The notes beneath the pieces were generated by a model, which did not search any database, was not told where the DNA came from, and saw only the letters and a list, made by a program, of their open reading frames with translations. From an uncultured Chloroflexia bacterium (GTDB lineage Bacteria; Chloroflexota; Chloroflexia; Thermomicrobiales; UBA6265): DNA of 64,000 nt. Positions 21,142 to 31,692 of the stretch are shown here, piece after piece. The DNA lies in contig CAVRUC010000012.1 of assembly GCA_963724295.1 (NCBI GenBank), positions 1 to 64,000 on the forward strand. The letters are read 5' to 3'. Position 1 is the stretch's first letter; every line of letters begins with the position of its first letter. The position numbers and the translations under genes were made by a program.

Positions 21142-23455
21142 ATGGCCCTGGCTACCATCCCCGGATACCCGCGCATCGGCAAGCGCCGCGAGCTGAAGCG
21201 GGCGCTGGAAGGCTACTGGTCCGGCAAGCGCACGGCCGCCGAGCTGGAGGAGACGGCGTCGGCCATCCGTCGCGCCAACTGGGACGCCCAGACCGCTGCC
21301 GGCCTCGATCTCGTCCCGGTCAACGACTTCTCCCTCTACGACCAGGTGCTCGATACCTGCGCGCTGGTCGGCGCCATTCCTCCTCGCTTCGGCTGGACGG
21401 GCTTCAAGGGCACGGTCGACCTCGATCTCCTCTTCGCCATGGCGCGCGGCGGCGCGGGCGAAGAGCCGGCGCGGGCCATGGAGCTGACGAAGTGGTTCGA
21501 TACGAATTACCACTATCTCGTGCCGGAATTTTCGGCAGGCCAGACCTTCCGCGTCGCCAGCGGCAAACCTTTCGCCGAGCTGGCCGAAGCCCAGGCCGCC
21601 GGCGTCCTGGCCAAGCCGGTGCTGCTCGGACCGATCACCTTCCTTCTATTAGGAAAGATGACCGGCGGCGATGACACCGCTTCTGCCCCTCTCCCTGCTG
21701 GAGGCGCTGCTGCCGGTCTATGCCGAAACCATCCAGCGGCTCGCATCCAGCGGTGCGGAATGGATCCAGCTCGACGAGCCGGCCCTGGTGCTCGATCTCA
21801 CCCCGGATCAACTGGCCGCCGTCGAGCGGGCCTATGCGGCTCTGGCCGAAGCGAAGGGCTCCGCCAGACTGCTGCTGCAGACCGCCTACGGCCACGTCGG
21901 CGAGGCCTATCCGACGCTCGCGGCCCTGCCAGTCGACGCTCTCGGACTCGATTTCGTTCGGGGACCGCGGAACTTTGATTTCATCACCAAACATGGCTTC
22001 CCGGCCGACAAATGGCTGGTGGCGGGCGTCGTCGACGGGCGCAACGTCTGGACGAACGATCTCGCCGCCTCGCTCGATTTGCTCGGTCGCATCCAGGAGC
22101 ATGTTCCCCGCGAGCAATTGATGGTCTCCGCCTCCTGCTCGCTCCAGCACGTGCCGTACGACGTAGGGCTGGAGCACGAACTACCAGCGGAAGTGCGGCC
22201 CTGGCTCGCGTTCGCTGAGCAGAAGCTGGCCGAGATCGTGACCCTCACCCGGGCGGTGAATGAGGGGAAGGATGCGGTCGCCGCCGAGCTCGCCACCAAT
22301 CGCGCCGCGGTCGCGTCCGCGGCGACATCACCGCTGCGCCGCAACCCGCAGGTGCGGCGGCGGCTGGCGGAGTTGCCACCCGACGCCGATCGCCGTCCAC
22401 TCCCCTATGCCGAGCGCATGGAGCGGCAGCGGCAGCGGTTGAACTTGCCGCCGCTACCGACGACGACGATCGGCTCCTTCCCTCAGACAGGCGAGATCCG
22501 CACCGCTCGCAAGGCCGCCGATGCCGGCACGATGTCGACCGAGGAGTACGAGACGTTCCTCGAGGAGCAGATCGCCGACGTCGTCGCCCGCCAGGAGGCG
22601 GTCGGGCTGGACGTGCTGGTGCACGGCGAGCCGGAGCGCAACGACATGGTCCAGTACTTCGGCGAGCAGCTCGACGGCTTCGCCTTCACCCGTCACGGCT
22701 GGGTGCAGAGCTACGGCTCCCGCTACGTGCGGCCGCCGATCATCTACGGCGACATCGCCCGGCCGCGCCCGATGACGCTGCGCTGGGCAACCTACGCCCA
22801 GGGACTGACCGCGCGGCCGGTGAAGGGGATGCTCACCGGGCCGGTGACGATCCTCAACTGGTCGTTCGTCCGCGATGACCAGCCGCGGGAGGAGACCTGC
22901 CGCCAGATTGCCCTCGCCATTCGGGACGAGGTCGCCGATCTCGACGCGGCCGGGATCGCCGTCATTCAGATCGACGAGCCGGCGCTGCGCGAGGGTCTGC
23001 CGCTTCGCCACGCCGACCAAGCGGAGTATCTACGCTGGGCGGTGGAATGCTTCCGGTTGGCGGCGGCCGCCGCGCGCCCGGAGACTCAGGTGCAGACCCA
23101 CATGTGCTACAGCGAGTTCGGCGAGATCTTTGCCGAGATCGACGCCCTCGACGCCGACGTGTTGCTCATCGAGCACGCCCGCTCCGACCAGGAGCTGCTG
23201 GAGGTCTTCCGCAGCGAGGGCTACGACAAGGGGATCGGGCCCGGCGTCTACGACGTCCACAGCCCGCGCATCCCGGACACGGCTGAGCTGACCGACCAGC
23301 TCCAGACCATCCTCACCGTGCTGCAGCCGGACCGCGTCTGGGTGAACCCCGACTGCGGCCTCAAGACCCGCAAGCCGGAAGAGGTCTGGCCGGCACTGGA
23401 GCACATGGTGGAGGCGGCGCGAGAAGTGCGCGACTCTATTGGTCAGGGAGAGTAG
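21142..23455 (+). CDS. metE: Cobalamin-independent methionine synthase (frameshift near 21670)
   Basis: GYPRIGKRRELK, KWFDTNYHY, TTTIGSFPQT, HGEPERNDMV, THMCYSEF, WVNPDCGLKTR. Confidence 0.96.
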
Positions 23456-23515
23456 CGGCTCTCGCGCAAAGATCGGCGCGTTGCGGGCCAGAGACGAAGC
23501 GCTCACGGACCCGCC

Positions 23516-23549
23516 GACCATTGACAAATTTTCTTGTCAATGGTCTAAT
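23516..23549 (+). promoter_or_regulatory. Perfect 12-bp inverted repeat operator overlapping a TTGACA-N17-TCTAAT promoter
   Basis: GACCATTGACAA-N6-TTGTCAATGGTC, 10 bp before the regulator ATG. Confidence 0.7.
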
Positions 23550-23555
23550 GGGGTT

Positions 23556-24170
23556 ATGGATGATGTGGGAATCATCGACGACCCTGCCGCCGCGATCGTC
23601 GCCCTGGAACCGATCAGGAGCCGGCTACTCGCCGAGCTGGCCGAGCCGGCCTCCGCCGCGACGCTCGCCACCCGGGTCGGTCTGGCGCGGCAAAAAGTCA
23701 ACTACCACGTGCGAGCGCTCGAGGCGCATCAGCTGGTACGGCAGGCCGGGACGCGCCAGTGGGGAGGGTTGACGGAACGCCTGCTGGTGGCGAGCGCGTC
23801 CTCCTACATCGTCTCGCCCCGGGCACTAGGGCCAGTGGCCGTCGATCCGGATCGGGACGCCGACCGCCTCTCCGCGAGCTACCTCATCGCCCTGGCCGCC
23901 CGCATCGTCGATGAGGTCGGCAATCTCCTGCGCCGGTCACGGGCAGCTGACAAGCATCTCGCGACGATGTCGCTGGACACCGAGATCCGGTTTCGGTCCG
24001 CGGCCGATCGCGCCGCCTTCAGCAACGAGCTCATCCAGGCCGTGACAGGCCTTGTCGCGCGCTACCACGATGAATCAGCCCCGGGCGGCCGCGCGCACCG
24101 CCTGGTACTCATGGCACACCCGCTGCCGCACGATTCGCAACTTGCAACGGAGGAATCACCATGCCAGTGA
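23556..24170 (+). CDS. ArsR-like winged-HTH transcriptional regulator
   Basis: LEPIRSRLLAELAEPASAATLATRVGLARQKVNYHVRALE. Confidence 0.88.
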   Translation: MDDVGIIDDPAAAIVALEPIRSRLLAELAEPASAATLATRVGLARQKVNYHVRALEAHQLVRQAGTRQWGGLTERLLVASASSYIVSPRALGPVAVDPDRDADRLSASYLIALAARIVDEVGNLLRRSRAADKHLATMSLDTEIRFRSAADRAAFSNELIQAVTGLVARYHDESAPGGRAHRLVLMAHPLPHDSQLATEESPCQ

Positions 24171-25000
24171 AGAAGGATGCCTCGGGACGCCGCTCCGTCG
24201 AGGCTGAAGTCGAGGTGCCCGGCACGCCGGAGGATGTCTGGCAGGCGATTGCCACTGGACCGGGCATCTCATCCTGGTTCGTTCCGGCTACGGTCGAAGA
24301 GCGTGAAGGTGGCTCCATCGTCTGCAATTTTGGACCCGGCATGGAGTCGCTCTCCACCATCACGACCTGGGAGCCGCCTCACCGGTTCGTGGCTGACAGC
24401 CGGGACGACATGGGACCAGATGACCCGACGGTCGCCACGGAGTGGATCGTCGAAGCACGCTCCGGGGGAACCTGTGTCGTCCGTGTCGTCCACAGCTGGT
24501 TCACCAGCAGTGATGACTGGGACGATCAGTTCGAGGGCCACACCCACGGGTGGATCTCGTTCTTCCGCGTCCTGCGGCTCTATCTCGAACACTTCCGCGG
24601 CCAGCCCGGCTCCCCGTTCCAGTTGATGGGTGTCGCCCCGGAGCCGAAGTCCGAGGCATGGGAGGCGCTGACCAGCCGGCTCGGGCTGCAAGTGAAAGGC
24701 GCCGAGGTGGGCAAGCGGGTGAGCACGTCGCAGGGCGCGCCACCTCTCGCGGGAATCGTGGCATGGGCGGGCCAGCCCGCGTGGCCAGAAGAGCTGCTCC
24801 TGCGACTTGACGAGCCAGCGCCCGGCATCGCCCATCTCGTTCCCCACCCAATGGGTGGCCAGGTCTACCTGACGATCCGCTTCTATCTCTACGGTGATCA
24901 AGCGCCGGCCGCGGTCGCCCGCGCCGAGCCCGCGTGGCAGGCGTGGATGAGCGAGCATTTCCCCATTGCGGTGGGCGCCGAGGAGGTTACAACGAGCTGA
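24161..25000 (+). CDS. SRPBCC/AHA1 domain protein
   Basis: VEVPGTPEDVWQAIATGPGISSWF, WEPPHRF, GW..F. Confidence 0.88.
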   Translation: MPVKKDASGRRSVEAEVEVPGTPEDVWQAIATGPGISSWFVPATVEEREGGSIVCNFGPGMESLSTITTWEPPHRFVADSRDDMGPDDPTVATEWIVEARSGGTCVVRVVHSWFTSSDDWDDQFEGHTHGWISFFRVLRLYLEHFRGQPGSPFQLMGVAPEPKSEAWEALTSRLGLQVKGAEVGKRVSTSQGAPPLAGIVAWAGQPAWPEELLLRLDEPAPGIAHLVPHPMGGQVYLTIRFYLYGDQAPAAVARAEPAWQAWMSEHFPIAVGAEEVTTS

Positions 25001-25152
25001 CGATACGACCGGGGCCTGGCGGCCTCGGACTCCTTCACGGCAGGTTGACAGAGCTCATGGGTGTCAGCAAGACTGCCGTGCGTCCTGGTGCCAATCTGGC
25101 CATCAGCGCGCTTGATAACAAGGTCAAACCAGAGCCTGGAGGGAGATTCGGC

Positions 25153-26535
25153 ATGGAAGATCCCCAGTCAGCCGAGATGCAGGACCGGCTCTTGTCCAGG
25201 AGAGCCAAGACCTTGCTTCATCATCCCCAGGGGATGGGCAATTACTTCACGTTCAAGACCGCGATCGATATCCTCGGTCTCGACTGGAACGACGTGGCGC
25301 CAGGGGGCGTGTACAACGTCACCGGCGCCGGGTATTTCGATATGGGCTACATGGCGAACCATATCGGCCCGCCGGCGTCGGCCCTCCAGGCGTTCCATGA
25401 AGCGTCGACGTCCGAAATGCTCCGCATCTATCCCCCCGACTGCCTGCCGGAGCTGAAGAAGCTGGTCGCGGAAAAGAAATTCGGCCGCTCTTTGGGACCC
25501 GACTTCGAGGTCATGGGTGTCGAAGGCGCCCAGGGCGGCATCGGCTACACCTATCTCACCTTCCTCGACGAAGGCGACGAGGTGATCGTCACTGATCCCG
25601 GCTATTTCCACTTCGTCCCGGCGGCCGAGGCGTGTGGGGCACGGATCGTTCCGATCGAGCTGAATGCGGCGAATGGCTTCAAACTGCAGCCTCATCAGGT
25701 CGCGGCCGCGATCACCGAGCGCACGAAGATGATCGTCGTCTGCGATCCGATCAACCCGTTCGGCACCGTACAGACCCGCGAAGAGCTCCTGGAAATTGCC
25801 GACATCGCCCGCCGCCGCGACATCGTCATCTTCAACAATGTCACCCACAACACCCATCAGACTGATCCAGCGGCGACGCAGATTCCGATGGCGTCGCTCC
25901 ATTCGGCCGCAACGCCGATGGACCACGTCGTGTCGGTCAGCGGTATGTCCAAGGGGTACGGCATGCCGGCCATTCGCGTGGGCTTCATGGCCGGGCATCC
26001 GGCCCTGCTGCGGGGCGCCTTTCTGACCAAGATGGAGATCACCAAGATCCACATCAACTATCCGGGTCAGTACGCGGCGCTGGCGGCGATGCGGGACACG
26101 GCCTATGTGGCGGCCAGCACCGAGACGATCCGCCGCAACTACGCTCATATCGAGGAAACGGTTGCCCGCACGGACGGTGTCGAAATCCCGGTGAAACCCG
26201 CCTACGGCTTCTGCATGATGATCGACGTCTCCGGCGCCGGCGTCACGGCGCAGGAAGTTACGGTTGGGCTGTTGAAGGGAAAAATCGCGGCCATCCCCGC
26301 CGATGGTCTTGGCGACGTGAAGGCGGCCGATTACCTGCGGCTCAACTACTCCCACCCGGATATCGCCTGCTTCGAGCGATTCCGCGAGGCGCTGCCAAAG
26401 GCTATCGAAGAAGCGCAGGCCGGTCTCTATGCCGATGCCGTCATCGGGTTCTTCGAACGCGCGGGTACGGCACGCGGCAAGGCCATCATCGACAAGATCA
26501 GATCGCGGCAGCCGATGCTGAGTGCGGCGGACTGA
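25153..26535 (+). CDS. PLP-dependent aminotransferase class I/II-like enzyme
   Basis: GDEVIVTDPGY, CDPINPFG, SGMSKGYGMPAIRVG. Confidence 0.88.
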   Translation: MEDPQSAEMQDRLLSRRAKTLLHHPQGMGNYFTFKTAIDILGLDWNDVAPGGVYNVTGAGYFDMGYMANHIGPPASALQAFHEASTSEMLRIYPPDCLPELKKLVAEKKFGRSLGPDFEVMGVEGAQGGIGYTYLTFLDEGDEVIVTDPGYFHFVPAAEACGARIVPIELNAANGFKLQPHQVAAAITERTKMIVVCDPINPFGTVQTREELLEIADIARRRDIVIFNNVTHNTHQTDPAATQIPMASLHSAATPMDHVVSVSGMSKGYGMPAIRVGFMAGHPALLRGAFLTKMEITKIHINYPGQYAALAAMRDTAYVAASTETIRRNYAHIEETVARTDGVEIPVKPAYGFCMMIDVSGAGVTAQEVTVGLLKGKIAAIPADGLGDVKAADYLRLNYSHPDIACFERFREALPKAIEEAQAGLYADAVIGFFERAGTARGKAIIDKIRSRQPMLSAAD

Positions 26536-26562
26536 GGATCAGGGAAGGGAGCACTGTCCGAT

Positions 26563-26829
26563 TCAGTCGGTCCTCGGCAAGCCGTCCTCGTCGTATAGGA
26601 GTTCGCCGTGATCGACGGCCGCCTTAGGGTGCTCCCTGAAATGGGCCTGCAACTCCTGCACGAGCGCGTACACCCTTGCCCGCCGCTGTTCTTTGGCTTC
26701 CGGGGTCTCCAACCGGTGGAGCCGTTCCCGCAGCGCGATCTCGACGGCAGTTTCGGGGCTTTCACCCGTCAGACGCGTGAGATCTTCAATGAGTTGGACG
26801 AGGCGAGGAACAACGGTCTCAACGGTCAT
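26563..26829 (-). CDS. VapB-like antitoxin (Rv0623-like)
   Basis: LTRLTGESPETAVEIALRERL, LLYDEDGLP. Confidence 0.7.
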   Translation of the reverse strand: MTVETVVPRLVQLIEDLTRLTGESPETAVEIALRERLHRLETPEAKEQRRARVYALVQELQAHFREHPKAAVDHGELLYDEDGLPRTD

Positions 26830-26895
26830 CGGGTCTCCTCTGCGAGAGGATTGTGGGGCCATCGAATCATAGGATAGCCCTATCACCTCGACACC

Positions 26896-28893
26896 CTACC
26901 GATAACTCGCCGCCTGCAGGTCAAACAACTCGGCGTAGCGGCCGCCGAGGGCCATCAGCTCCTCGTGGGTGCCCTGCTCGACCAAGCGGCCGTTCTCTAA
27001 GAACAAAATCCGGTCGGCCATGCGCACCGTCGAGAAGCGGTGGGAGATGTAGAGGGCCATCTTGCCGCGCGTCAGTGACTTGATGCGGGCGAAGAGATCG
27101 TGCTCCGCCTGGGCGTCCAGCGCCGCGGTCGGCTCGTCGAGAATGAGCACCTGGGCGTCGCGCATGAACGCGCGGGCCAGGGCGATCTTCTGCCACTCGC
27201 CACCCGAGAGCTGGTGACCGCCTTCGAACCACTTGCCGAGCGTCGTCTCGTATCCCTCAGGCAGCTTCGCCACCACGTCGTGCGCCCCGGCGCGCGCGGC
27301 CGCCTCGGCGATGGCGGTGACGTCTTCGGCGCGGTCGACGTTGCCGACGCCGATGTTCTCGCCGGCCGAGACTTGATAGGCGGCGTAGTCCTGGAACATC
27401 ACTCCGAACTCACGACGAAGCTCGACCGGGTCGTACTCCCGCACGTCGCGGCCATCGATGAGGATTTGCCCTTCATCGGGGTCGTAGAGGCGACCCAGCA
27501 GCTTCACTACCGTCGACTTGCCGGCGCCGTTGCGCCCGACCAGGGCGACAGTCTGCCCCGGCTCGATGGTGAAGGAGACGTCATCCAGCGCCAGCGCTTC
27601 CCGGTCGGGATAGCGGTAGCTGACGTTGCGGAACTCGATCCCCTGCCGGAATGGGCGACGGACCGGCGCCGGGTGCTCCGGGGCGTGGATGCGCGGCTCC
27701 CGCTCCAGCAGCTCGTAGAGGGTCGAGAGGTAGAGCCCGTTCTCGTAGATACCCTGGATGCCGCCCAGGATCCCCTGGAAGGCGCCCTGCACCTGGGCCG
27801 CCGCCTGGGTGAAGACAGTCAGCGCTCCCAACGTCACCTGCCCACGCACTGCCAGCAGCGCGACATAAAGGAATGTACCGGAGGAGGCCAGGGTGGTCAG
27901 CGAGCCCCAGCCGAAGCCGGCTAGGTAGCGACGCACGAGGAGCTGGCGCGTCTCCTCGTAGTAGCCACTCGCGGTCCTCTCGTAGCGGTCGATGAAGTAG
28001 TCCTCGGCTGTGAAGAGCTTCACTTCCTTCGCGTACTCGTCGGTCGTCATCAGGGTGGTGAGGTACGACATCACGCGCAGCACTGGCGACTGCCGCCGCA
28101 TCTGCTGAAACCCCCACCAGCCGTAGCGGGAGCCGGAGATGAAGGCCGGGATGGGGGCGATCAACGCGGCCGCCGCCACCCAGGGCGACAACCCCAGGAG
28201 CAGCGCCACCATGGTGGCGAAGGTGACGATGGAGCGTCCGAGACCGAACACACCGGAGACCATTTGCACCGGTCGCTGCGCCGATTCACGCTGGGCTTGC
28301 TGCAGCTGGTCGTAGTAGGCGGCGTTCTCGAAGTCGGCCAGGTCCAGCGTGGCGGCGTGGCGCATGATCTGGAGCTGGACGTGGATGGTCATCCGTTCCT
28401 GCAGCAGTTGCTGGCTGATGTTGCCCGCGGTTTGCAGAAAGCTGGATCCCAGAAGCAGGACGAACTGGAGCACGGCGAGGACGACGATGGCGCGGACATG
28501 CTGCTCACTGCCGCCCGCCTGCACCCCGGCGACGACCTCGTCGATGAGACGGCCAGCCAGCCAGACCTGCGCCGCGGGGGTGATGCTCTGCAGCAACGTC
28601 GCGACGGCGAGGGCGAGCGTCAGCTTCCGGCTCGTCGCCCAGACGAGCGCCATGACCCGGACGATGCTCCGCCAGGTCTGGCGCGCGCCTTTGGCCACGG
28701 CACCGAGATCCTCACGCCGGGGGCGTCGCACCGGCAAGCGGCGTGGTTCCGCCGGTGCAGGCTGGCCGGGTTCGGACGAGCCGTGCCCCGGTCGTCCGGA
28801 GCGGCCGCCGGCGCGCAGGGGCACGCTCTCCGTCGGTGGCGAGAAGCGATGACCGTTGCGACCGCCCGATGATCCGTTGCTGGGGTGCTGCAT
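26896..28893 (-). CDS. ABC exporter, fused permease and ATPase
   Basis: TM helices, GRNGAGKS, LSGGEWQKIALAR, LILDEPT. Confidence 0.95.
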   Translation of the reverse strand: MQHPSNGSSGGRNGHRFSPPTESVPLRAGGRSGRPGHGSSEPGQPAPAEPRRLPVRRPRREDLGAVAKGARQTWRSIVRVMALVWATSRKLTLALAVATLLQSITPAAQVWLAGRLIDEVVAGVQAGGSEQHVRAIVVLAVLQFVLLLGSSFLQTAGNISQQLLQERMTIHVQLQIMRHAATLDLADFENAAYYDQLQQAQRESAQRPVQMVSGVFGLGRSIVTFATMVALLLGLSPWVAAAALIAPIPAFISGSRYGWWGFQQMRRQSPVLRVMSYLTTLMTTDEYAKEVKLFTAEDYFIDRYERTASGYYEETRQLLVRRYLAGFGWGSLTTLASSGTFLYVALLAVRGQVTLGALTVFTQAAAQVQGAFQGILGGIQGIYENGLYLSTLYELLEREPRIHAPEHPAPVRRPFRQGIEFRNVSYRYPDREALALDDVSFTIEPGQTVALVGRNGAGKSTVVKLLGRLYDPDEGQILIDGRDVREYDPVELRREFGVMFQDYAAYQVSAGENIGVGNVDRAEDVTAIAEAAARAGAHDVVAKLPEGYETTLGKWFEGGHQLSGGEWQKIALARAFMRDAQVLILDEPTAALDAQAEHDLFARIKSLTRGKMALYISHRFSTVRMADRILFLENGRLVEQGTHEELMALGGRYAELFDLQAASYR

Positions 28894-29364
28894 GCGCTCC
28901 TGGGAGAAACCTCGCTGTGAGGCGGCCGGTGGTGCGTCAACGCCGCCGGGGACAAATGCTTCCCTATGGATACCGTGTCAGACGCGACGCGACAACTGAT
29001 CGTTCGGGCAGGACGAGGGGGTGACAGGGTCGACAGGGTGTCAGGGTGTCAGGGTGACAGAGAGAACGATGACCCCGCCACCCTGCCACCACGAGCGAAG
29101 CGAGTAATCACCCTGTCACCGCGACCGCAGGGAGCCATCACCCTCGTCAATTCCCAGCAAATTTTCAGCAAACGCCAAGCTTTGCTGGCGGGATGGCGGG
29201 TACGGTTAGCATGTCCCGGCGACGACGCGGTGGCGATGTCGCCGGGCATTGTTATTCAGGTGGTAGCCGGAGTACGGATGGCCGTAGCCGGTGCAAGGCA
29301 CACCCAGGGTTTGTGGCGATTCATCCCCGGCACGATCCGGGGCCCAGACAAGGAGTCTCACCGT

Positions 29365-30102
29365 ATGTTCCGATCGTCATCGTCGCACCGCCGGGTGCTC
29401 GCGTTCTTTTCATCGACAGTGGTCGCGGCTGGCGTCCTGGCCTCGGCCACGTCTGGCGCGGTTGCTCAGGAAAGCGCCACCCCGACCGCGATGGGTCTGG
29501 TCCAGACGGCGGCAGACCTTCCCGAATGCGCCCCTGCCGAGATCGGGGCGCTCCCTGAGGGAACGGACGCGGCGACGGTCTACGCGATCGTGCCCGAGGA
29601 GTCGACGGCGCGTTATCGGGTCCAGGAAGAGCTGGCGCAGGTCGGCGAGACTGAGGCCGTCGGCGAGACGCAGGCCATCATCGGGCAGTTTGGCTTCGGC
29701 GAGGACGGACTGCCCTTGCCCTGCTCCCGCTTCGACGTCGATCTACGGACGTTGCAGAGCGACCAGGCCCGGCGCGACAACTACCTCTATCAGAACACGC
29801 TCGAAGCGGAGAAGTACCCCCTGGCGACCTTCGTGCTGCGGGCAGTCGAGGGCATGGATGCGCCGCTGCAGGAGGGGCAAGAAACGACGCTGCGGCTGAT
29901 CGGCGACCTCACCCTGCGTGACGTCACGAAGCTGGTTGCGTGGGAAGCCAGGGTGAGCCTCGTCGACGAAGCGTTGACCAGTACAGCGGCGACGATGTTC
30001 GAGATGCCGGACTTCGGGATCGAGCCGCCGAGCGTGCCGGTGGTGCTCTCGCTGGACGAAACGATCCGGCTCGAAGTGGACCTGACGGCCCGGCCGGTGT
30101 AG
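29365..30102 (+). CDS. Secreted YceI family protein
   Basis: Signal peptide; VDLRTLQSDQARRD, KYPLATF, GDLTLRDVTK. Confidence 0.88.
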   Translation: MFRSSSSHRRVLAFFSSTVVAAGVLASATSGAVAQESATPTAMGLVQTAADLPECAPAEIGALPEGTDAATVYAIVPEESTARYRVQEELAQVGETEAVGETQAIIGQFGFGEDGLPLPCSRFDVDLRTLQSDQARRDNYLYQNTLEAEKYPLATFVLRAVEGMDAPLQEGQETTLRLIGDLTLRDVTKLVAWEARVSLVDEALTSTAATMFEMPDFGIEPPSVPVVLSLDETIRLEVDLTARPV

Positions 30103-30309
30103 GGCGGAGGGGGTGCCGGCTTCGCCTCAGGGGTGCGCGCTGGGGGTGCGCAACCAGGGGGGCGGCCGCAAGCGGCCTGAGGGGGGAAAGGGGGAAGAGG
30201 AGCACGAGAGCGGTCTGATCCGTCGTCTGTCTCCCCCTCATCCCCCCTCGAGCGAAGCGACCCCCCTGCTCCCCCTCAGCGCAGCGCCCCCCTCTAACAG
30301 GAGGCCACA

Positions 30310-30507
30310 ATGGATGCTGAACAACGGCGGCGCAGGGCCCTGGTGATCGCGGTGATCGTGCTGGTGCCCTTGTTGATCCTGGCGGCATGGGGGCTGTCGC
30401 TGGCGGGCTCGGCGGGGGTCCTGCCGTGGCAGCCGGAGCCGACCCGCATCCCGATCACGCCTTTCGCCGACCTGCCGGGCGCAGTAACAGGCACGCCTGT
30501 GCCGTAG
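30310..30507 (+). CDS. Small membrane protein
   Basis: AGGAGG RBS; one TM helix; LPWQPEPTRIP. Confidence 0.65.
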   Translation: MDAEQRRRRALVIAVIVLVPLLILAAWGLSLAGSAGVLPWQPEPTRIPITPFADLPGAVTGTPVP

Positions 30508-30666
30508 GCCCCGCGCGGCCCTCGAGGTGATGCCAGAACGTACAGATCACGTGCTTCCGCGGGCAACCACTCCACACTGGCGTCGACACCAATCGCGCCA
30601 TCCATCGATTATGCTTAACTCCCTGCTGCTCCTCAGCCAAGGTGCGCTGACAGGGAAGGACTCGCA

Positions 30667-31692
30667 GTGGACCCCGCGATCCCACTCGATCGGTATGGTC
30701 AGGTGCTCGCCGGCTATTTGAAGAGCCCGGGCGAGCAGGCGCTGTACGAAGCGTCCCTCGTCAGCCGGGACCTCGTGCATCACGGGGTCGGCCCTGAGGA
30801 AATCGTCGCGCTCCACATGGAGGCTCTTGACCAGACCCTCGACGGGTTCACTCCGCTGGAGCAAGCACGCTGCGTCGGACACGCCCACCAGTTCCTGCTG
30901 GAAGTGATGATCGTCTACGGGCTGACCTACCGCGAGTACCTCGAGATGAAGGTCCGCGAGCGCGACACGGTGGCGGCGCAGGCCGTGCAGGAGCGAACAG
31001 AGCTGCTGGCCACCGTCGCGCACGAGATGCGCACCCCGCTGACCGCGGCACTCGGCACCATCGACCTGGCTCGACGCGACCTCGTCAGCGGACGGACCGA
31101 CCGCGTCGTGCCGTGGCTGGGTACCGCTCGCGACGCGTTGCATCGCCTCTCACGCCTGACCGCCGATATCGCGCGGGCCAGTGTGGGTGAGCCTCCCGTG
31201 CTGGCGCCTGCCCCGCACGACCTGTGCGAAGTGGTCAGCGAAGCCTGCGCGTGGGCAGAGTCCGCCGTCGCGGAGAAGGGCCTCGTCCTCGTCCGCGACG
31301 ATGCGCGGCCTTGCGTCTCAGTGGTCAGCGACGCCGATGCGCTGCTCAGCGTCTTTGGCAATCTCCTCGCCAATGCCATCCGCTACACGCCGGTCGGCGG
31401 TTCCATCACGGTGCGCTGTGGGGCAGATGATGGCGAGGCGTGGACGACGATCAGCGATACCGGGATCGGCATGGCTCCTGAGATCCAGGAGCGCATCTTC
31501 GAGAAGTTCTATCGGGCGCGGGAAGCGCGGGACGTCGAGGCGCAGGGTCTGGGACTCGGGCTCTCGCTGGTGCAGGAGCTGGTCCAGGCCCACGGCGGAC
31601 GTGTCGAGGTTCAGAGCGCGCCTGGCGAAGGCAGCACCTTCCGAGTCGTACTGCCACGGGGAGACGTCGTTGCTGGAGAGGAAAGTCCATGA
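30667..31692 (+). CDS. Cytoplasmic histidine kinase with N-terminal RsbU-N-like domain
   Basis: ALYEAS...VGPEEIVALHMEAL...FLLEVMIVYGLTYREY (RsbU N-terminus pattern), AHEMRTPLT, NLLANAIRYT, DTGIG, GLGLGL. Confidence 0.88.
   Translation: MDPAIPLDRYGQVLAGYLKSPGEQALYEASLVSRDLVHHGVGPEEIVALHMEALDQTLDGFTPLEQARCVGHAHQFLLEVMIVYGLTYREYLEMKVRERDTVAAQAVQERTELLATVAHEMRTPLTAALGTIDLARRDLVSGRTDRVVPWLGTARDALHRLSRLTADIARASVGEPPVLAPAPHDLCEVVSEACAWAESAVAEKGLVLVRDDARPCVSVVSDADALLSVFGNLLANAIRYTPVGGSITVRCGADDGEAWTTISDTGIGMAPEIQERIFEKFYRAREARDVEAQGLGLGLSLVQELVQAHGGRVEVQSAPGEGSTFRVVLPRGDVVAGEESP

Noticed and set aside
21660..21680. Programmed frameshifting in metE (also merR, hemerythrin, DUF2207)
   Set aside because: No slippery site or stimulatory structure seen; better explained by long-read indels
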